Virus record (IMG/VR): IMGVR_UViG_3300030103_001665
Coordinates: 1-62,481 of that record
Length of the DNA: 62,481 nt
DNA from: a virus
Lineage: Duplodnaviria > Caudoviricetes
Reading direction: 5' to 3' (one strand)
Under the pieces are notes generated by a model. It saw only the letters and a list, made by a program, of their open reading frames with translations. It ran no database searches and was not told the origin of the DNA. A program made the position numbers and the translations under genes. Within the stretch, counting starts at the first letter, position 1; each line of letters starts with the position of its first letter. This document shows, piece after piece, positions 56,601 to 62,481 of the stretch.

Positions 56601-57539
56601 AGTACCTGTTCCAATCATTTCATAAAATGTTTCTGCAGCTCCTAAACCTAAAGCTTGAGCTATAAGTATACCATCGTTAGTGTCAGGGTTTTCTTCTTTT
56701 AATTGTTTATATTCTTGAGAAGCAAAAGGAACTGTATATTTTTGAAGCATTTGCATTCTTGTCATACCTCCTATTCCACTCATTAACATTGCAATACTTG
56801 TAGCAGAACTTTCTGCTAAACCACTTCCCATTTGTTGAAAACCCTCTTTCCAGTTACCTTTTTTAAAATTTTCAGTAATCCCTTGTATATCATAATTATC
56901 GTCATTCCATATAGCTTGTTGATTTTCTAGTTTTGTTGTTTCTTCTTCATAAAAATCTAATAAAGTACGTCTAAATGGAATATCAATTTTAATATCTTTT
57001 TTAAAAGCTTCAGCTGGTGTTTCTCCAGGTTCTCCTTGCCTCCATTCTTTATCTAAAACACCAAGATCAACTAATTGGTTTTGAGGCCAAGAAAAGACAT
57101 TATACGCAAATTCAGGAAGTCCTAATACCATTTCTCCTAAACGCGTACTGCTTAACATTAAATCAACACCAAAAACTTTTTCTAAATAACTTTTTTTTAA
57201 AGTTTTCTCTCTTTCTTCTCTTTCTGTTTTTTCTTCTAAATTTTCAGTAAATTCTTCTAACGCTTGTTCATCTTCAACTTCTTCAGTTTGGTCAACTACT
57301 TCGTCTGGAACTACTGAAACTTCTGATACTGTCCCCGTAGGTTGATCTTCTTGTATGTTACGAATTTCATCTTCAGTTTTTATTTTAGTTGTATAATCAG
57401 GACTACTAAGCAATAAGGCTTGTATTGCAGAAATTTCTTCTTCTTTTTCTTCTTCATTTACCGCAACTTCACTTATTAAAGGTTTAATAAAAAGTTGAGC
57501 AAGAGGATCTAGGTTGTTTTCTTCTGTATGATTCGACAT
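50616..57539 (-). CDS. Giant multidomain DNA-ejection/internal virion protein (sigma-region-2-like segment, HAD domain)
   Basis: 2307 aa, last of the three genes after the GNAT gene; GEGIEEVATQ glycine-rich region; FDFDDT/LTAR/FADD HAD motifs; EDAIAEIN...WSPDKGSFSTFV. Confidence 0.75.
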   Translation of the reverse strand: MSNHTEENNLDPLAQLFIKPLISEVAVNEEEKEEEISAIQALLLSSPDYTTKIKTEDEIRNIQEDQPTGTVSEVSVVPDEVVDQTEEVEDEQALEEFTENLEEKTEREEREKTLKKSYLEKVFGVDLMLSSTRLGEMVLGLPEFAYNVFSWPQNQLVDLGVLDKEWRQGEPGETPAEAFKKDIKIDIPFRRTLLDFYEEETTKLENQQAIWNDDNYDIQGITENFKKGNWKEGFQQMGSGLAESSATSIAMLMSGIGGMTRMQMLQKYTVPFASQEYKQLKEENPDTNDGILIAQALGLGAAETFYEMIGTGTIGRVYKDIILKVGKKEGVKVFKNGLIEMYSTALKKIGAPAGALGEGIEEVATQITQNMIKGKDPFEGVSDAFLLGVGGGATYAGPINIMQVTSGLKEAVNINKINNNLKAINEDYNISDITTIYNPDFNQTIPIQGLNITQISNSQQILDDQITKKIEIGEINRNTADQIKLNYRNTQSAVNQLKPVGLNLNATAVGLLKEKNILQKTIKEVNDAALTQNQTNRVKEIDVELGTLVNEVQAERDATVGMSILPTRKPSIKADELARQYQENPANVDVEALLDQYNKIGLAAIMFDTRKGDMAREDAIAEINKEFAGIMERWSPDKGSFSTFVTANIAPKAQGIYDKYIGQRDITTLDKQEAREVVAEEVDIDVAPTETARAKVYPATLEVITENITPEVRSEQTVKIKDDINRAVATESTSPKVVAQSIVKQTQTPAYRKLIKDKLGKWNSEQYNNNVDRLVTKDFIATIPIAQIKRRFGKLFNIQQTGTTPTTKIEDGKRTDFRKQVYKIPAITDAQLEAVKDYFKANEKRQQSLYSLLGEGIAIEQMQELRGDQQFMTDLQGRLELKGSNLTAEQFINEVEYNLDKRNLEDTSLDVVENTVEDVINNRITEENINDIEADFLSDAISQLETFRKTNLSMNALTGVVEAGLRTLRAARNAGRSLASALKDFTKSIKDFIKKPAAKKPKLTIDELKKIGNVVKSSVRQLANIAGYDLYPAKKKGKALSNGFNAEQKRNRDESVIRNLDNFGTAFFLNTKSWADSGRSIFNKRVKQNINELTDLSKTSLFSGPKYGKIFTEQDFNILKEAEAEQAKYAKMKPEKRKALLKDKKFIELQENKIKVLKKIIDGINTDIRDSNGKIIKERLEFWGTWLNTQGNISTHPMRVLAPIKFFSTNNQLDSNAKNFVAEHTLPSSNATKVVLEMLINNSVNKDFKFLKDNYTQGQLLKTDDDIIALAGYRSQLPSDFFSMDKPNTWVRYLLGNPEINLNEYVTYKDGEIVTIAESLGLGLSKANQNTDNINMQNNLLVKVFKGETTINKAKKELEAANKTNKKSFKQVNNNKEKIFGLIKENGTTEQSIVDMSNADQTAQKARDINTPTKGISVFDFDDTLAYSKSKVIVNMPDGSIKKITPAEFAVESENLQEQGAEFDFSEFNKVIKGKKGPLADLALKRQEKFGSGDIFVLTARPQASAVSIKAFLDGIGLNIPLENITGLEDGSPDAKALWVLDKTAQGYNDFYFADDALPNVQAVKNILDQVDVKSKVQQAKKNKVKNLDKEFNVIIEQQSGKKWYKTYSEARAKTTGRKVGTFEFFIPPSAEDFAGLLYKILPKGEKGNLAKKWFKDNLFDPFNKAEQQVISDKISVANDFQALRKNIDNIPKNLNKPVGVGNFTHSQALRVYIWNMQGMEIPGLSTRDLNRLVDKIENNADLKVFAEKIAFIQKGKSYPKPGNNWVAGNITSDIIQNLNKAGRKEALQNWQQNVDIIFSDKNLNKLEALYGNNFILALKNSLGRMKSGSNRPIGMNPQVNNLLDWLNNSVGAVMFLNMRSATLQLISSVNFLNWSDNNPVAASKAFANQKQYWSDVMTLLNSDYLVQRRNGLKINVAESEIAEAARKGGMKGTIAYLLNKGFVLTRFADSMAIATGGASFYRNRVNALLKQVNIDTGNVYTKAEAEAKAFDDFYQISEESQQSSRTDRISMQQASSIGRLILNFANTPMQYARIMKKSALDLANGRGDWKTNLSKIAYYGFVQNLIFNAMQQAVFALAFGSDDEEERTAEDRAGNIANGMVDSILRGLGYGGAAVATVKDVIIKLTQQGAKKNPKYEDAVSEVFNFSPAIDSKVRKLRSAAKTFSWNRKEIKRRGFNLDNPAYLSIAQIVSATTNIPLDRAARIMMNLKQAVDKDTEIWQRVSLMFGYSGWELGLPYWGLQTTIDKEKDEDEAVKTKYKNEANKLKTKGYKRIPMTKGKPDGKLNVDFIQIARPTGDLEYWLMPKK

Positions 57540-57548
57540 AATATTTAA

Positions 57549-59102
57549 TTAAGAATACTGTTCGATTAAAGCTGCTGTTTGTTCATCTAATTCTGCTGGA
57601 AGTTCTGAAACTTCTTCAGGTAGTTGTTGATAATATATTGGCATACCTTCTTGCCACTCATTAATACCTAACATGTCTTTGTAAAATTCTGGTAAAGGCA
57701 TTTCATTATCATTTAATGCTTTGATTAAATCTCTGCCTCTTTGAGTAAAACTTTCTAATGTTTCTTTAACCATAGTAGGTTGACCAGCAGGTGATGGTTG
57801 TGGTAACTTAACATCTAATGCATGATCTAATATAGCTTGCATCAACCAAGCTTTCTGAGCATCTACTAAACTTATTTTCTGACTACTATAAGGACTGATT
57901 TTATTAAATGCATATCTATTACCTACAAAATTTACTTTACCTTCAGGTGATAAATCTGTGTATAGTTTTTCTAAGTCATCTGTAACATATTCATTTATAC
58001 CTAATGGTAAATCTAAACCTAATCTTTTATTAGAATAACCTGATAGCACAGATACATTACCACTTGCAACTGCAAATAATCCAGCTATATGTGAATTTAT
58101 TTGAGATGTATAAGCAGGGGTTTTATTTATAGCTTCTGTGTTTATAGGTTTAATAAAATACCTTTTTATTTTATTATCATCAACAGAATACATAGGAATT
58201 TTTATAGATGTATCTTGTTCAGGATCTGAAGCATCTTGACTAAGAACAGAACCACCCAGGAAATATTGAGGTTGTAAAGTAGCATTTCTAGTTATACCAG
58301 CATTTTCAAATACATCCCCTAGTTTTAAACCTTGAGGAACCTCGCTTATATATAAATCTAATATTTCACCGGTTTCTACTTGAAAAGAATCTATTTCACC
58401 TGTTATTCTATAATATCCTTCACCATCTTCTTTGATAACTATATTTTTATTATTTAAAAAATCATTTACTACATAAGGTTTTTTATGTAAATATTTTTTA
58501 AAAGTTTTACCTTTAATTAAAAAATCTATATTTTGTTCTATAACAGCTATTTCTCCTGTTTTAGTTTGTTCAAAATAAAAATCACTTGTTACAGTTACAT
58601 CATCAAAATAATTAAACAACTTAGCAAAACCTGCAGCCATAAACATATTTCTATCTTTAACTTTTTCACTTGTACCGTTTATATTAATGTTTTCATAATT
58701 AGAAATAAAAGCTGGTAAGTTTTCTGGAGCTACAGCTTCTACACCTACAATTGTATAACCAACTAATTTAACCATTTGATCTAATCTACTAAAATAGTTA
58801 TCTATAAATCTTTTATCTTCTTTTATTTGTTCTTGAGACATGTTTTTAATGTCTAGACTTAATCTTGTTTGTCTTGCAATAACACCATCTAATGGTCTTT
58901 GTGCTTCTTCAATAAAGTTTTCTTTAGCTATTTCAGTTAAACTAGCGTCTTCATCTAAATTTATAGCAAGAGGGTAATTTAAAAAATCACGATATTTATT
59001 ACTAGCATCAGTAAAAAAATCCATTTCTAAAGTTCTTCTAGATCTAGAAACGTTAACTAATCTATTTAGTTTTTCCGTATTTGCTTTGATTAATTTATTC
59101 AT
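57549..59102 (-). CDS. Putative internal virion/ejection protein
   Basis: 517 aa, between the pilot-like and giant genes; position only. Confidence 0.5.
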   Translation of the reverse strand: MNKLIKANTEKLNRLVNVSRSRRTLEMDFFTDASNKYRDFLNYPLAINLDEDASLTEIAKENFIEEAQRPLDGVIARQTRLSLDIKNMSQEQIKEDKRFIDNYFSRLDQMVKLVGYTIVGVEAVAPENLPAFISNYENININGTSEKVKDRNMFMAAGFAKLFNYFDDVTVTSDFYFEQTKTGEIAVIEQNIDFLIKGKTFKKYLHKKPYVVNDFLNNKNIVIKEDGEGYYRITGEIDSFQVETGEILDLYISEVPQGLKLGDVFENAGITRNATLQPQYFLGGSVLSQDASDPEQDTSIKIPMYSVDDNKIKRYFIKPINTEAINKTPAYTSQINSHIAGLFAVASGNVSVLSGYSNKRLGLDLPLGINEYVTDDLEKLYTDLSPEGKVNFVGNRYAFNKISPYSSQKISLVDAQKAWLMQAILDHALDVKLPQPSPAGQPTMVKETLESFTQRGRDLIKALNDNEMPLPEFYKDMLGINEWQEGMPIYYQQLPEEVSELPAELDEQTAALIEQYS

Positions 59103-59115
59103 AATTTTAAATTAT

Positions 59116-59802
59116 TTATGTCCCTGGAGTTAGCAATGCTGTAGCAAAATTAGTTATATTAGTACCCATTTGACCAACTGAACTTGCAGATGCCATAGAT
59201 GCTGCTGCTTGGTTTGCTGCAAAACCTTGATACATAGAGTTATACATGTTAATATCTGCATTAGTTCTTGCTTCTTGTGCTTGGTATTGGAATATTTCAC
59301 CCGCAATATCAGCATCTTGTACTCTTTGTCCTTGTTCTATTTGAACATCTTGAAACCTAGTAGTTGCCGCTACTCTTTGAGCTTGCGCAGCTTGTTCACC
59401 TTGAGCTTTCATTTGAGCATTTTGTGCTTCTTGTTTTTCTATACTAGCGGAAACTTGTTGTTTAGATTTTAAAGCAGCCATTGCTAAAGCTGTTGCTCCA
59501 CCTGCACTAGCACCAGTTTGTTCTAGTGTTTCTAATGTATTAGCTAATGCAATATCAGATTCTTCAGCTTGCATTTCTGCAGCAGCAGTAGATACTTGAA
59601 GATTTTCAAAAGGATTAGTTATTTGACTAGCTAAGTCACTTGCTAAACCAGATAAATCTGTTACTCCAGCATAAGGATTAATTATACCTTGTCTGTCTTC
59701 TATAGCTTGATCCATGTTAGCTCTTGCCTCACGTTTTAAAGATCTTTGCCTACGCATTTCTCTATGCTGTTTCCCAGACGCTATTGCACTAAATACTGCC
59801 AT
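59116..59802 (-). CDS. Putative DNA-ejection (pilot) protein
   Basis: A/Q-rich helical, GASAGGATALA hydrophobic segment, Gly/Ala-rich ends. Confidence 0.6.
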   Translation of the reverse strand: MAVFSAIASGKQHREMRRQRSLKREARANMDQAIEDRQGIINPYAGVTDLSGLASDLASQITNPFENLQVSTAAAEMQAEESDIALANTLETLEQTGASAGGATALAMAALKSKQQVSASIEKQEAQNAQMKAQGEQAAQAQRVAATTRFQDVQIEQGQRVQDADIAGEIFQYQAQEARTNADINMYNSMYQGFAANQAAASMASASSVGQMGTNITNFATALLTPGT

Positions 59803-60209
59803 TATTCTAAATTTTTAATTATTTCATAAGATGATTTAGTATCTACTGACCATCCTAATTTTTCGTGTGTTTCTCTTAAATGTTTACTTCTACCTATTGT
59901 AAACATATATTTTTTATTTTCTTTTCTACAAACTTGCTCAGACACGTTAATCAGCATCTCTATCGCGTCTTTTCTGTCACTTTCTTTATACTTGGGATTA
60001 GATACTATCCATTCAAGTAAAACCATTTCTGAGTTAGTAAAATATAAAAACCCTGCTACTACAGAAATATTATTTTTTTCAATTATTATACCACCAGTTC
60101 CATTATTTGGTAATAAATTTTTTGATGGAGGGGACCAACGCCACCACTTCCACCAATCTACTAACATGCTATAATCTTGCTCTGTTAGCTTTCTTGCATT
60201 AAATTTCAT
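59802..60209 (-). CDS. GNAT-fold acetyltransferase-like protein
   Basis: VVAGFLY...LEWIVSNPKY...HEKLGW; same position as in P22/T7-like tail-ejection modules. Confidence 0.6.
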   Translation of the reverse strand: MKFNARKLTEQDYSMLVDWWKWWRWSPPSKNLLPNNGTGGIIIEKNNISVVAGFLYFTNSEMVLLEWIVSNPKYKESDRKDAIEMLINVSEQVCRKENKKYMFTIGRSKHLRETHEKLGWSVDTKSSYEIIKNLE

Positions 60210-60214
60210 ATAAT

Positions 60215-61648
60215 TTATCTATTGTTGTAACTAGAACCAACGCTAAAAAGCTGAACAGGATCGGTGTCTGTAGCGTTATTTCCAGTTTTTAATCTTACAT
60301 TTAAAAACATACCTTTAATACCGGTAGTTGCATTATTAATTAATACTTGTTGAGGTATATTAAATGAAGATCCTTTTAAAGCTGCATAATATACATTTTG
60401 TTTTCTATCAAAACCAGCTCTATATTGTACGTTTGTATTTGGATCTACATAATAACCATCATCATAATTAAGAATATCAATACCCGGATATGTAGCGTTT
60501 GTATTAGGTAGTGATGGGTCTTGTGGATTTGTATCTATACCAGTTTTATCTGTAGTTATATTTGTAGCTGACCAACCATTACTACCAGTATAACTAATAG
60601 TTTTAAAAGTTTTAGTAATAGTAGGTATTGGATTAAATACAAAATCTACTGAAGATCCATATTGTTTTCCGTAAAAATTGTTGTATAAATTACTACTATA
60701 TTGTAACCATATTGCGTTATTTTTAAAGGTGTAATATTGACCTTGAGAACTAGTAGATAATTGAGGTGTATAGTCTTGGAAACTAACCCAACCATTTATT
60801 AAAGGATCAAAGTGTAAAGTTCTTAATCCACCTAATGTAACTACATAATTTTTTTGATATATGTCAAATCCTCCAGTTATTTCATTAGATAATGAAAGTG
60901 TAGTAACTGGTTCATTGCCACCAAGATTTTGCAATATATCTCTAAAATAATCTATCATACCATAATTAGATATTTCAGTGATTCCATTAGCGCCTAATTT
61001 TAACACAGCGCTTCTATCTCTATCTACAAAATATTTATTATAACCATATACAGCAAAAGATCCGGGATCTTGAGATATACCAAAATTACCTTCAAAAGCA
61101 GTAGGAGTTCCTATTACTAATCTACTATTCGCTTGTAATGGTTGACCTTCTTGAGTAAATATAACATCTTTATCTATTGGTGCTCTATTTACTTTACGCT
61201 CTTGTAGTATGATTAAATTAGTATTTTCTGCATATAGTTTTTGTATACTACCAGATGCTGGATCAACAGACCTTGTAATATCTTCACCAATAGGGAATTG
61301 ATTAGTATTATTAATACCATTTTTAGCATTATAAACACCTGAATATATTAAAGCATTTTGTCTTGTAATTTGTTTACTTTCTTCTTCTACAATATAAGCT
61401 TTATTACCAAAATCAACACTAGTATTATTATAACCACCTTTTATTCTAGCTTCTTCTACAAACCAATCTTCATAAGAGTTGTTATTAATATATCCTGCAC
61501 CTGTAACTAAATTAGGTGTACCTGTAGTTGTACCACCACTAGTACTAGTCACCGCGCCATCTTGTTCTCTTTTTTGTTCTTGAGCAAAGTTTTTTAATCT
61601 TTTTAACCAAAAGGTGTTAAAGTATGATACTTCTAATGTAGTTGCCAT
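60215..61648 (-). CDS. Tail stabilisation protein (gp10-like C-terminal portion as a separate gene)
   Basis: LIYSGVYN...INNTNQF...GSIQKLYA...FGISQDPGSFAVYG...WVSF. Confidence 0.7.
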   Translation of the reverse strand: MATTLEVSYFNTFWLKRLKNFAQEQKREQDGAVTSTSGGTTTGTPNLVTGAGYINNNSYEDWFVEEARIKGGYNNTSVDFGNKAYIVEEESKQITRQNALIYSGVYNAKNGINNTNQFPIGEDITRSVDPASGSIQKLYAENTNLIILQERKVNRAPIDKDVIFTQEGQPLQANSRLVIGTPTAFEGNFGISQDPGSFAVYGYNKYFVDRDRSAVLKLGANGITEISNYGMIDYFRDILQNLGGNEPVTTLSLSNEITGGFDIYQKNYVVTLGGLRTLHFDPLINGWVSFQDYTPQLSTSSQGQYYTFKNNAIWLQYSSNLYNNFYGKQYGSSVDFVFNPIPTITKTFKTISYTGSNGWSATNITTDKTGIDTNPQDPSLPNTNATYPGIDILNYDDGYYVDPNTNVQYRAGFDRKQNVYYAALKGSSFNIPQQVLINNATTGIKGMFLNVRLKTGNNATDTDPVQLFSVGSSYNNR

Positions 61649-61653
61649 ATATT

Positions 61654-61681
61654 ATTATTACTCGTTTTATTAAATTATTAC
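61654..61681 (-). promoter_or_regulatory. Putative late promoter (class B)
   Basis: GTAA-TAATTTAATAA-AAC-GAGTAATAAT, 5 nt before the ATG at 61648. Confidence 0.6.
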
Positions 61682-62481
61682 AGTGGTCCACTGCAGTCTG
61701 CACAAGGATTAGCAGTTACAGTACCACTATCAAAAAACTCTACTGTAACCGAAGGAGCTGTTGGATCTGTACCACACCCCGGACTACCAATATTTTGTAC
61801 CCCATTAGTTCTAACTGCATATTCACCCGCTGTATTAAATTGAAAAGTAGCGCTGTCAGTAACTGATCCAGAACCAGATACTTCTAATAAAACAAAATTT
61901 CCAACAACCACAGAACTTGAATCTGTAGCTAATTGCCAAGGGTCAGTAGAAGAAGGTCTATATAGTATTGTAAAACGAGTAGCAAAATCTGTTGTAGTTG
62001 CTGTAACAGCTTTAGTTAATTTAACTACAACTGTCATTATTCCTTGAGTTAAAGAACCATTTGTAAAAGCTGGTGCTGGTCCAGGAAAACAATATAATGG
62101 AGCTACGTAAAAAGATAAAGCTTCTGATAAAACATTATAATATCTTAAAGCGCTTCCACCACTTGATGTTGTAGTATAACTAATACTTCCACTACCTGCA
62201 GATCCAGGTAGAGTAGATAAAAATGCATCGGTTTTACTTCCAGTTATTGTTCCATTTGAAACGGATTGGCTTACACCAAAAAATACTTCTAAAGGTAAAC
62301 CAGTACCCGCTTGACACGAAGTGTCTAAAGCAGCCATAGCACTTGTTTCTCCAAAACAAATAGCTCTAGTAGTTTGAGGAGTACCTAAAGTAACAGTGTA
62401 GTTACATGTAGTGGATAAGCTTCCAACTGATGAAACGCAAGATGATGATGCATCTGTCAATGTAGCTTGGAATTCATAATC
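61678..62481 (-). CDS. C-terminal end of the tail protein that starts at 4262 (wraps the join)
   Basis: In frame with 1..4262 through the terminal overlap. Confidence 0.85.
   Translation of the reverse strand, partial: DYEFQATLTDASSSCVSSVGSLSTTCNYTVTLGTPQTTRAICFGETSAMAALDTSCQAGTGLPLEVFFGVSQSVSNGTITGSKTDAFLSTLPGSAGSGSISYTTTSSGGSALRYYNVLSEALSFYVAPLYCFPGPAPAFTNGSLTQGIMTVVVKLTKAVTATTTDFATRFTILYRPSSTDPWQLATDSSSVVVGNFVLLEVSGSGSVTDSATFQFNTAGEYAVRTNGVQNIGSPGCGTDPTAPSVTVEFFDSGTVTANPCADCSGPL
62336..62481. repeat. Terminal direct repeat, right copy
   Basis: Matches 1-146 with one mismatch. Confidence 0.97.

Noticed and set aside
1-62481. Stop-codon reassignment as in some crAss-like phages
   Set aside because: Long genes are intact and densely packed under code 11, and TAA, TAG and TGA all end genes.
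1-62481. Prophage or temperate lifestyle
   Set aside because: No integrase, CI-like repressor, partition genes or flanking host genes are recognisable.

Overview
The window is an apparently complete, circularly closed genome (about 62,335 bp; 146-bp terminal overlap with one synonymous mismatch) of an AT-rich, lytic, podovirus-type dsDNA phage. The host is most likely a marine Flavobacteriia/Bacteroidota species (gene order resembles Cellulophaga phi38:1-type and crAss-related flavophages; inference). The minus strand (29334->1, wrapping to 62335->45113) carries late genes: GroEL/GroES, tail fibre, holin, terminase, portal, capsid, tail/ring proteins, ejection proteins, an envelope-protein cassette and an M15 endolysin. 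The plus strand (29729->45035) carries early/middle genes: ligase, pyrimidine-dimer glycosylase, sigma factor, ERF/RecE-like recombination, primase-helicase, a ThyA-fold enzyme, MazG-like proteins and RNR. No DNA polymerase, RNA polymerase or integrase is recognisable. Top observations: (1) a two-sigma transcription cascade, with six exactly spaced non-host early promoters (CGAAA-N2-TAATAC-N11-GATAATA), a sigma-70 region-2-like segment buried in the 2307-aa ejection protein (candidate injected sigma), and a second promoter class (GTAA-N16-GTRA) fitting the stand-alone sigma; (2) basic modular proteins punctuated by a recurring S-P-hydrophobic motif, clustered around an HExxH metalloprotease (candidate capsid-cargo polyprotein system); (3) a ThyA-fold enzyme with the dCMP-specifying Asp of T4 gp42, predicting modified cytosine in a genome with no polymerase of its own; (4) several structured non-coding elements. 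All assignments are by eye from sequence motifs; no searches were run.
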